From Macrostomum hystrix (lineage: Eukaryota; Animalia; Platyhelminthes): a DNA stretch of 64,000 nucleotides. The position numbers and the translations under genes were made by a program. Below are positions 52,201-64,000 of the stretch, piece after piece. The stretch spans positions 25,916,001 to 25,980,000 of the forward strand of contig CATNEN010000038.1 of NCBI GenBank assembly GCA_950097015.1. The letters are read 5' to 3'. The notes under the pieces were generated by a model that made no database searches, was not told the DNA's origin, and was given only the letters and a program-made list of their open reading frames with translations. Every line of letters begins with the position of its first letter. Position 1 is the stretch's first letter.

Positions 52201-55200
52201 AAGCGCAGCTTCTCCAAATGCAGCGCGCGATCATCTTCTTGTTCGTCCTGCTGCGGTGGAATGGCGTTGTCGTGTTCCATCGTGGCCTCTGGTTGCACAG
52301 TAGTTGTTGTTTATTCAGCGTGGAAACTTAGGCCTTGCCCAACCACGCTCTGCTACCAAAATAATGTACTGGAGCAATCCAAAAAAGGCCGATAGCTAGT
52401 AGCCAATTATGCTGTGCTCAAAACGGTAGGCAAATCGCGCTAACCAACCAGTTGAACCGGAGGGGGGAGCCTCCACACGTTTATTATATAATTCAGTGCA
52501 AATAGGCTAAAACGGAGGGGGTGGGTGGACGATGCCACTGCACAATGCGAACGAGGGTTAGAGAAACAAGGTGAGTGCGCAGAGTGGAAGCGGACGTACA
52601 GTAATTGTAAATAAGGTAGATTTAAATAAGCATACAGCGAGTCAGCGACCAATCATACCACCTGCCTCCCGAACAAGTGCATTTCCGTTTACTCTGATTC
52701 GCTCTCCCATTTAATAAATAAGCTTTCCTTGGTGCACATCACGGGTAAGGGGGCGAGTGGGTCAGCGGCTAACGTCGCTGCCTCGCACTCCAAAGGACGC
52801 TAGTTCGATTCACCCTTCAAGTCACGATTAATTTCGGGACTTGTTGGGGGGGGTTTGGACAGTAGCGACCGGCGGAGGTGCACCATATTTCGTGCAATCA
52901 AAGCTTGAAATAATAGCTTCGCTCCTGCCTTCTGTGTGCCTGCTTGTTTGTGTTTGTGTTTGTGCGTTGGGCCGGGTGTGAGGCGTTGTATGGGGGGTGG
53001 GGCGGGTGTGCACCAGCCTTGCGTGCTCTGAGCGGCGAGGTTTCACCAGCCGTCTGCGCGCGTGGCTTGGTCCTCTCGTTCCTACCCTTCAGGCATCTAA
53101 GTCCTCCCCTGGTTTTTGCTCAGCTCTGTGCGTGTGCGGGCCTGGGGGTGAGAGGCACTCCGGCTGCCGCCCCCTTCCCCGCTTGGCTTGCGGCTGTGTA
53201 TGAGGTGCCTGTGTTCAGGGGTCTAGATGGCGCGATGGGCGACTCCCGCCTAGTTCGCCGGCCTGGGGGCATGCCGTTCCTGCGCTTGTGCGTCAAGTGC
53301 CCCAGGCCCCCCTGCAATTAAGTAAGTAAAAAGCACATCACGGGTGCATTCAAGTCAGCTGAAATTTATCGCTCTGCCAAGTCTCTAGGATTTTCAACGT
53401 TGGTTGCATACTTTTTACGCGAAACTACTCCCGCATAGTAGTATGTATACGAATTTTATGTGACGAAAATAGACAAAACTCATATGTCTAATTTTTTAAA
53501 TACTGCATTCGAGTCTAAAATTTTGGTGACTAAAAGCACACAAAAATTTATGTACTTTACAATACCCAACTTGTCGCTAAACAAGGTACCGGGTGGGCAA
53601 TGGTGTCCATTTCTGCTCTGGTCTGCATCTACTACAACGTAATCATCGGCTGGTCGCTCTACTATCTGTTCGCTTCGTTGAACTCTGCGGTTCCTTGGAG
53701 GAACTGCGACAACGATTGGAACGATTTTCGCTGCCGAGACCTCACTCAGAATACCACAAATGCAACCCACAATGTCGCTGGAAATTTGCGCGCTGGATAT
53801 AACCGTGAGCCAGCCATATCACTATTTTAGCTACACAGTTGCATCTATTCAAAGCCTGCAAACGTAGACTGGATACACCACACCACACATACCCGAATAT
53901 TAGCAGATGCATCTTGCTCAATGGCACAAATTTCTTTTATTGAAATACTCGATTCAAACTCCCCAACCTTTCCGTCAGCATGTGGTTGATGCTGTAAAAT
54001 GATACAAAGTACTCTAAAATATGTAACCTGATATCATATGGTTGTAGTCGATTGTTAGAGTAGTGGAACACTCTCATAGTGGTTAGAGAGTCGGATTCGC
54101 AACTAGAAGGTCGGGTGTTGCTTTAGTTCACCCCAGCTTTAAAGTGGGTCCATGGACTGAACAGCCGTACGCAGCCTTCAGATGCGACTGTGCTGTTGGC
54201 TGTACATCATCTAGTTTAATTCGGTCAGGGGTAATCAATATTTATAAACTCTGATATTATTATTCAAATATATATTTTGGGTTGTGAGTCGGTTACTAGA
54301 TACGTAAACCTCTTTCAAAGGTTAATTGACAATCTCATCAACAAAAATTTCACATTTTTCCTATTTCAGCAAATCCGTTGGCCTGCAGCAAGACCCTAAC
54401 AGTGAACTGCACAAAATATCAGACTCCAAGCGAGCAGTATTTTGAGTGGGTCTAATATTTAATATTCGAATCTATTAATTAGCATTTAGAGGCCAACAGT
54501 AACAATAAGAATCAAATAAATATTTCAGTCGCGTTGTCCTGGGTTTCACTAGCTACACCGGCGTATCCAAAAAGATGACAGATTTCATTGGTGTGCCACA
54601 ATGGCACGTGACTCTCTGCCTGCTGCTGGCTTGGATTCTTGTCTACGTTTGCCTGGTGAAGGGAATCAAGTCCTCTGGAAAGGTGAATCACTCATTTAAA
54701 GACTCATTCTGACTTTTTATGAACCAGGTGTTTTAATTGCGAACCGCAAAACACCTTTCAGGTCGTGTACTTTACAGCTATCTTTCCTTACGTGGTGCTG
54801 ATAATTCTGCTCGTGAGGGGCGCCACACTTGACGGTGCACTAGACGGCATCATTTTCTATCTGAAGCCAAACTTCTATCGTCTGGCCGATTCTCAGGTAA
54901 AGTCAATGCCTAGAAGTATACTTCATCTTCATGAGACCCGCTTAAACTATTTGCACACGCATCTTCAGGTTTGGTCTGATGCCGCTGTTCAAATCTTCTA
55001 CTCATTGGGCGTGGCTTTCGGTGGACTCATGACCATGGCCAGTTACAATAAATTTCACAACAACTGCTACAGGTAATCGATTGATCAAATACTGAAATAA
55101 CAGCCAACACAGTTGGGGCAGATGAATGGACAGCTGCAAACTTTCAGCTGGACAGACCAATGCGATTGAAAATCGAGGGCCGAGCCCACCATGGTCTCCT

Positions 55201-57686
55201 CTTGGGGTTGATATTCGAACTCCCAATCTATTAGTTGAAAAAAGCTCTCTAAGAATTGGGCTAAAATGTCCTAGAGATCGCAGAAGCCGCTCGATGGTCA
55301 TAGAATAATTAACTTTACAATCCTTAGGACCATCACAAATTTCCTAATAAACCAAATTTCGGCAAAGTATTCTTCCGCATCAACTCTTGCAGTGTTCTTT
55401 GATTTCGATTAGTCCAGGGGGTTGAAGCCTAGTGGATAGAGCACCGGCTTATGACTTGGAGGTCGGGGTTCGATTCGTGATTGTACTGAAACAATTAGTA
55501 TCCTTTAGCAAGACACTTAACTCTGCAGCGCGCGCGAATAAATAACAGCGTGGGGTGGGGGCGAGAGCATAGGGCTGGACGGGGCAGAGCGGAGCCACAC
55601 AGGGCTGGGGGTGGGGTTAAGCCACGCAGGGCTGGGGGTAGGGGCAAAACTCACAGGGTCGAGAGCCGAGAGAGAGAGAGCAAAGGAGGAAGGCTAGCCA
55701 ATCAGAAGTCTCCTTGGCGAGAGACCTGATTGGGCTAGCCCCCAAAGCGAAGACGGCGCAGGGGGCAGCCAATGGGCGAGCGAAAAACAAAGATAAATGA
55801 GGGTGGGCTAAGACGGGGCCGGGTAGAACTGGATTGAGCAGGTGATTGGGGAGTGGAAGGGTTAGAGAACGCAGGGGTCGGGGCAAGGGCATTGTGAGAC
55901 GCAGCTCACAACAGAAGCAAGAAAGTAATTTTTTGTCTTTGAAATTAGTACACGACTAAGGCAATCTCAAATAATACTCATTTGCCTCAGGGACGCCGTT
56001 TTGGTAGCCGTAATTAACTGCAGCACGTCCGTATTCGCCGGATTCGTAATCTTCTCAGTTGTTGGCTTCATGGCCAAGAAGACAGGCCTGCCTGTGTCCG
56101 AGGTGGCCACCCAGGGCCCCGGCCTGGCCTTCGTGGCATATCCGGAGGGCCTGGCGGCCATGCCAGTGGCTCCTCTATGGAGCGTCCTGTTCTTCATCAT
56201 GATCCTAACACTGGGCTTGGACTCGCAGTTCGCCATGATGGAAACTGTGCTGACCGCCATTTCCGACGAGTTTCCTTGGCTAAAGAAGACCTTCAAGCGT
56301 GAGGCGCTCTTCAAGCTGGTGGTTTGTGGCCTGTTGTTCCTGCTGGGCATTCCCATCTGCTGTCCCGGTGGCATGTTCCTGTTCACTCTGCTCAACAACT
56401 ACTCTGCCTATTACAATCTGTTTCTGGTGTCCTTCGCTGAATTGCTTGGCGTCTGCTACGTCTACGGCATCAAGAAGTTTGTGCGCGACATCAAGATGAT
56501 GCTGGGCTTCTATCCGGGTGCATACTGGATCGGATGCTGGATGTTTGTCACGCCTGTAGTCATGGCAGTGAGTTTGACACATACATGCCCAACTTTAAAA
56601 TGTCACTTTTTTACTTACTTAACTTTTGTCCATATTTGCGACTTAGTTCCTCCCGAATGCGTCTTAGTTCCTCCTGCTTGCGACTTAGTTCCTCCTGCTT
56701 GCGACTTAGTTCCTACTGATTGCTACTTATTTCCTCCTGATTGCGACTTAGTTCCTCCCAATTGCGACATAATTTTCAATTTGTATATGACTTTTCTTGC
56801 CTATTTCTATTTTCTTCACTCTCCTCTTTCCCTCTCTCTCTCTTTTCTCCCTCCTTTCTTTTCTCTTTCTCTTCCTCTTCTTTCTTTCTTCCCCCAATTT
56901 TTGTTTTTTGCGTTTTCGATTTTGCGAATTACCTTGGAAGGCGGCAATTTCAACCGTCTGGTTCGGACGGGTCGGACGGGTGTTGGGCATGTATGGTTTG
57001 TCACATTAGATTTCTCGGCGATAGCTCGCAGTTGTACATCGGGCCTGACTTTTTAATCACTAGGCAGTGTACGCTTTCACTGTGCCTTGGATATTGGCCC
57101 TCAGGGGCGTCAATTGTACGACAAGCCCCCAAGCCTCTCTCCGCGGCTGCACCCCAAATTAATGTGGCGTTGCCGTGGAATCGAGCTCAAGGACCTTGGT
57201 GCGAGAGGCAAACGCGTTAAGGTGAACTACGGAGTTAAGTGGCTTGCTGACGGACAAATAGTTTCCCTGGGTTTGAGATTCGAACTCCCTACCTAGCAGT
57301 GGGCTATCGTTCCGATGAATTATTGTGCATCTCAAAGATTTCAAATAAAACTATGCTCTCCCCCCTCTGCAACCGCCGCACTGCAGTTCATCCTGATCTT
57401 CGGCCTGATCCAATACGGTCGTTCAAGCTACGCCGGCGAGCCGTTCACAGACTGGGGCGAGGCCCTGGCCTGGCTCATGATGATCGGCACGGCCATGTTC
57501 ATCCCCGGCTTCGCCATCTATGAGACCTGCATTCGCGGAGCTAAGGAGGCCATGAAGGCTGCGGCCGCTGAGGCCTCCGACTGGGGACCGGCCGTGGAGA
57601 AGTACTGGCCGGAGAGCCGGCGCTACCAGGAGAAACTTGACCGCCTCATTGCTGAGCGACAGGTGCAGGATGCTGGCATTGCGTAA
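46276..57686 (+). CDS. SLC6 Na+/Cl--dependent amino-acid transporter (proline/glycine transporter-like), ~628 aa. Exons 46276-46597, 53586-53804, 54370-54445, 54529-54682, 54762-54896, 54969-55072, 55991-56567 and 57387-57686
   Basis: RGNW...[64 protein letters not shown] and LGLDSQF. Gly rather than Asp in TM1 points to an amino-acid substrate. Seven phase-consistent GT-AG introns (1,887 nt). An acceptor at ~46245/46248 suggests an upstream exon. Confidence 0.93.
47460..47470 (-). promoter_or_regulatory. Polypurine tract of the LTR element
   Basis: Minus strand GGTGGGGGGAA directly abuts the 3' LTR. Confidence 0.8.
48231..52298 (-). CDS. Pao gag-pol polyprotein (1,355 aa): Gag with three CCHC knuckles, aspartic protease, RT, truncated RNase H fused to the integrase C-terminal part
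   Basis: IPTFSGD...W Gag motif, Cx2Cx3-4Hx4C repeats, [52 protein letters not shown] and RPITKL. Confidence 0.93.
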   Translation of the reverse strand: MQPEATMEHDNAIPPQQDEQEDDRALHLEKLRFEKSRRKATLTRCKSKLSWLLQKRASDDEVQEACDNLSDLQEQVSTIQEQLYEGYVSTKDDERRQRLLDEMEEMERDYQAAIQRVESARGRQAQREQEPPPAARANAEDAAANQDEAAGELDRLSVSAASSKASHPKEISKDLWKMLKRVEIPTFSGDKQSYENWKAAFVACIDSAPATPEFKLLQLRQYLQGEALKVIEHLGHSATAYEAAKERLDREFGGKRRQLALHLEELDNFPAVRYGNTKDLKSFANLLDIAVINLEEAGKDTELQDGMLYVRLQKKLPEQMVSHYRRWIFEQRKQESVRNLRMWVLQEAEFQTEALEIVQGVATPHLESQKSIHRGARDQRPKTFHSAVSEKKGQSKSCMVCQGDHELWSCSEFKKLPVNKRWEAAQRSKACFRCLGQGHVSSKCRRSRQCGIDNCLKFHHRLLHADKHQATIDLVEPSQAKRNQAKPSDAKPGEVAGSNSSKQAGSVTLLSASKSDVSLRTVPVVLRHGARKLKVNALLDDASTRSYINVGIAQALGLQGALEKVEVGVINGQSETFMTAPISFTVESMDGRASTELTAFTADHVTGSLKGVNWRELGQWWPHLRDVPFPKLCEPAVVDLLIGADYPDFHVSLEEVVGQPWEPKARLTPLGWTCIGRTEQTLSSKRQSTHFATTFFSCETESSQVSSILRQFWEIENVADENSRNPLTSDEEKAINQANASLQYSKGRYQIGIPWKEKRLCPKDTFPMALKRLKNTEQRLMKDMQIRRQYQAVIDKYVQQGYVRKVAQAENEERCFLPHFPVPRPDKATTKVRIVFDASAAALNDQILQGPKLQRDLVEVLLRFRRFPIAIACDVAEMYLQIEMEPKDRPLHSFLWRDADASRPPDVYEFNRVVFGVTSSLFLAQFVIRSHAEKLKSELPEAAETVLHSTYMDDSLDSAPNEAAGCRLYEQLRELWRRAGMHARKWVSNSRAVLKQVPPDDRAAEVTLDSRELPSTKTLGVTWQSEQDEFTFKQELDACQVTTKRSLLKKLASVFDPLGLISPFFVQAKMLMQELWQCGLDWDETLNADLLARVSDWCRDLKHLSEIRLPRALEEAEAKNGSLHVFVDASEKAYGAVRELQELVNALDTKKLQQQTAYQQMRWHFNPPAAPHFGGVHEIMIKAAKKAIWNTLKEADVTDEELLSAVAGAEALLNSRPLTYQSAHPSDDVPLTPNHFLIGQGGGQFAPEVDVDIARSPSKRWRHVQQLVAQVWRRWLREWLPGLAPRSKWRRELPDLQPGDVALLVSPDSPRGHWPLARVLEVTRGPDGHVRVATIRVGDRTMTRPITKLCPISAG
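52341..52358 (-). promoter_or_regulatory. Primer-binding site complementary to the initiator tRNA-Met 3' end
   Basis: Minus strand TGGTAGCAGAGCGTGGTT, 6 nt inside the 5' LTR. Confidence 0.85.
52747..53332 (+). mobile_element. Long GC-rich tRNA-headed SINE (family C) with 13-bp TSD
   Basis: TSD GCACATCACGGGT at 52734-52746 and 53333-53345; head GGGGCGAGTGGGTCAGCGG...AGTTCGATTC; tail TTAAGTAAGTAAAA. Confidence 0.85.
54060..54235 (+). mobile_element. SINE family B copy (diverged)
   Basis: TAGTGGTTAGAGAGTCGGATTCGCAAC head and GTCCATGGACTGAACAGCCGTACGCAGCCTTCAGATGCG. Confidence 0.75.
55417..55523 (+). mobile_element. SINE family B 5' part, cut off by a GC-rich insert
   Basis: GGGGTTGAAGCCTAGTGGATAGAGC, GGTTCGATTC and CCTTTAGCAAGACACTTAACTC. 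Confidence 0.7.
56635..56770 (+). repeat. 21-bp minisatellite TTGCGACTTAGTTCCTCCTGC (~6 copies)
   Basis: Visible tandem units in the last SLC6 intron. Confidence 0.85.
57010..57235 (-). mobile_element. SINE family A copy
   Basis: Reverse-complement match to the family head and body. Confidence 0.8.
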
Positions 57687-58791
57687 GTGTAATTTTAGCT
57701 CACTTTAACAATCAGTTATGGCCCATTCCGCTGGACGTCTAGTCTTTGTTCCTCATCATCAGGCAGAGTACACGATCTCATTGTGCTGTAGGGCGGGGTT
57801 TGACAAAAAACTTTGACGCAGAATACACGACTGCGAGCAAATATTAAACTCCATTTTGTGTCCATTTAAAAAAAATGTGCTGAGCACTTTTATGCTTTTT
57901 ACGCACGCTATTATGCTTGTGTCATTGAAAGCTTTTTTCCTATCCAACTACACAAGTCAAGATTTCGTTTCTATTTTTTAGTCACAGCGGATTAGACCAT
58001 GGAGATTCGACGGCTGACCATCGAGGCATTAATAATGGCGCCTTCGTTCAGAGCTGAAGACACCTGATATATGATTTGTGAAAAACCTGTACTAGACGTT
58101 TCTGAAACTAACTTTAAACATATAGTTCGGTTTGATTACTGCCAGTTTTTTTTATTTTTGCTAAATCACACGAATGATCCTCACACTTTTTTATCTGCTC
58201 AGAAAATTATGTATTTTTTAAGCAAAGATGTACAGAAAATGACACCTGAACCAGTGTGGTCATAAGTACAACCAGTGGCATAGCCATTGCGTGGTGATTC
58301 CAAAGGCTGCTTACAACAATTTTAGTAAATTGCACTAGATAATGGACGAAAATTGCTTCCCGTAGGCTGGCTTCGAACTCGCGAACTCTCGGTCAGAACT
58401 ATCGAAGCACTTAAAACTGTATGAACTTGGAGCTATTCATCATGATTAATTGTGTATTTTCTATCTAAAACTGTTTTATTGTCGCTGTTCATACATTAAC
58501 TTCTTCATGTAAGCACGTCAGTTTTTTTATTCAGCATCTTTATATTTATTTTATTGTGTCTTTTAATTGCACTACTAAATCGATCATTTTGCACTTGAAC
58601 TTTCGTGTCAAATTTGTAGGATTTTGAAGTGTCTATCACTTGTATTGAGGTTTTTAACAGGTAAAATATAACAAGCATCGTTTACTTTAAAGAACCAATT
58701 CCAATAGGTTGAAATTGTATGTTCAGAAAGAAAAGTATTTCTTTAATTCAAAAGGAACTTGGATATTTCCATTTATTTAAAACCTGATCAG

Positions 58792-59334
58792 TCAGTAATG
58801 GCGCAAATGTTTGGTAAACATTGCTAGTTGGTTTTTCGCGGGTTTCACAATACAGCAGTCGTACAGGTTGACTCCGTTCTTGTGTATCTTCAGTTTGCGC
58901 GCTGCAGACTGCTGCTTCGGAGTCTGGACTAGGCAGCACTGTCCCGGACAGCAGACATTGCGCCGATCGTACAAGCTTTGCGCCGGGTCTGGATTGGCCC
59001 TAGGAATCCTCGGCGTTGTGCCTCTGGACTGACATCGATTATGCATGCCACTGCAGCTTGACCAATTAGAATTAGCACAGCTTGCTTGGAAGCTTCCACG
59101 ACATTTGTGGGACTGCTGCTGCTGCCGCTGCTGCCACTGCTGCTGCTGCTGCAACTGCTGCTGCTGCAAGTGCTGCTGCTGCTGCCGCTGCTGCAACTGC
59201 TGCAACTGCTGCTGCTGCTTCTGATATTGCCAGCTATTATTGTAGTTATTAGGCTTCATGGCGTATCGGTCTCTGTGAAATGTTTTCTTGTCTTTCATTT
59301 GGAAAACGCCGTAGTTGTTGCACCTGTTGCTCAT
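58792..59334 (-). CDS. Possible intronless poly-Q, Cys-rich orphan protein (180 aa)
   Basis: 543-nt ATG ORF with ACCATG context in AT-rich flanks; non-repetitive sequence on both sides of the CAG tract; no family recognised. Confidence 0.4.
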   Translation of the reverse strand: MSNRCNNYGVFQMKDKKTFHRDRYAMKPNNYNNSWQYQKQQQQLQQLQQRQQQQHLQQQQLQQQQQWQQRQQQQSHKCRGSFQASCANSNWSSCSGMHNRCQSRGTTPRIPRANPDPAQSLYDRRNVCCPGQCCLVQTPKQQSAARKLKIHKNGVNLYDCCIVKPAKNQLAMFTKHLRHY

Positions 59335-60597
59335 GGTAGATCAAAATACAAAAGACGCGTTAGGAGCGAGCTATAATTAATTCGACTCTAAACTTCTTAG
59401 ACGCAATGCTCTAAACTTCTTAGACGCAATGCTGGTGATTTTCTAATAGCCTTTTTAGATAAGTTTATAACATTGAAGTTATACGACCTAGAATTGTATA
59501 CGACCTTGGAACTTGCGCAGATTTTTGCCATTATGTTTCAGCCATAGACTACTCAACAGCACTTAAAATGTCTTAAGTTAAGCAAAGCTTTTTACGAGCG
59601 TAGTAAGCTTAGCTTTTGATGTAATATGAAATATGAATGAATTCAGTACATCCAGTAGCTGAGTCATGTGTCTGTCATCATCTCAGAAAACGGTGTCTAC
59701 TAGCCCTCACCAGGCCTTCATCAGGTTCTTCAACGGGTGACACCAGCTGACTGTACAGTCGGCTTTAAAGATTTTTAACCATTAGTCGAACTAAAAAAAG
59801 TTGACCGTCTTTTATTTTCAAAATTTCGATCACTAAATCCTCTACGGACAAGTTTCGACCAAAAATCCTCTCATAGAACACGTATAAAGTTATACAGTAA
59901 GCTTACAATAACAAATATGATAAAGTAACTGAATAGTTAAAAATCAAAGATAAAACTGAAATTGTTGTCTTTCTTCTAAAAAACTAAATCGATTCCTATA
60001 TTGACTAGAAATATATCAGAAGGTTTGAAAATGATTGCTATAAAAAGTACGAGTAAATTCACGAAGGATAGAAGAAGTTAAAAAGAGGATTACGTCTAGA
60101 CAAATTTATTTTTCTGTTTTTTGATAATTGATCGGCATCAGCGTTGCAATCGTGCAAAAAAGTCATTTTATACGAGACTTGCATAAATGATCAAAATTTA
60201 CAGTTCTGCATTAAAGGAAAACAAAATAACTAGCGAATTAGGCTACTGACAAGAGGTCGGGGGTTCTATTCTCACCTAGTGAAGGCAAATAACTGTTGCC
60301 TTTGAGCAGGATAATCTTTCACCCGATTGTGAAATGGTTGCCAGCATTAGCTGGGGTAGTAATTCGGTTTGGTGCGACCAAAGTTCAGATTGAAGGAAGG
60401 AAATAATCTAAAATATCTACAGCTAATGTCAGATATGTTTTTGAGTCTAGCCAAAGTAATTGTCAATCATACACAGTAGATTGTTTGAGACGCCTTATTA
60501 TATTACTAATAAGGTATTACTTAGTCGAATCAGTTAGGTAATGCGGTCTGCAAACAACAGTGGCACCGGCTTTAGACGTCGAAAAAACTGACGTCGT

Positions 60598-63852
<3,255 letters not shown>

Positions 63853-64000
63853 CTGCGGTAAAGTGCATATACCAGCTAGAATCATTTCCATTTTTGAGCA
63901 AAACATATACGTCTGAAAATGTCCAATTCAAAAACGAGTGCGGAGATTATAATTTTTTTACTTTTTCCTTGTGACACGTCGACCTTCTAAAACTCTGTAC

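Larger units (their letters stand above)
47149..52675 (-). mobile_element. BEL/Pao LTR retrotransposon, internally deleted, inserted antisense in the SLC6 intron
   Basis: 311-bp TG...CA LTRs at 47149-47459 and 52365-52675, identical by eye; 5-bp TSD AGTGC (47144-47148, 52676-52680); PBS and polypurine tract present. Confidence 0.97.

Noticed and set aside
56568-57056. C-terminal part of the 351-aa ORF
   Set aside because: Intron read-through after the GTGAGT donor, made of a 21-bp repeat and a pyrimidine tract.
59385-59432. Short local duplications (also 35580-35700 and 42470-42530)
   Set aside because: Ordinary 2-3 copy slippage products.

Overview
Eukaryotic (animal) genomic DNA with GT-AG introns, tRNA-derived SINEs, dense minisatellites and poly-Q/A/S-rich proteins. 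The style suggests an invertebrate, possibly a free-living flatworm such as Macrostomum, but the organism is inferred and not shown. I assembled six spliced genes by hand, all frame-consistent: (1) a giant (~3,700 aa), apparently domain-less repeat protein with a 9.6-kb exon (+); (2) a Shaker/Kv1-type K+ channel whose S4 has lost a gating arginine (-); (3) an ASPP/PPP1R13-like ankyrin-SH3 protein (-); (4) an NMNAT with a long C-terminal extension (-); (5) an SLC6 amino-acid transporter (+) whose first coding intron holds a young BEL/Pao LTR retrotransposon with an in-frame RNaseH-integrase deletion plus a TSD-flanked SINE; and (6) the 3' part of a kainate/AMPA-type glutamate receptor (-). There is also a possible intronless poly-Q orphan ORF. 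The 19.9-39.6 kb region is packed with minisatellites, and several show signs of having moved: one has a 14-bp flanking direct repeat and one sits inside inverted repeats. No CRISPR array, rRNA gene or true tRNA gene was found.
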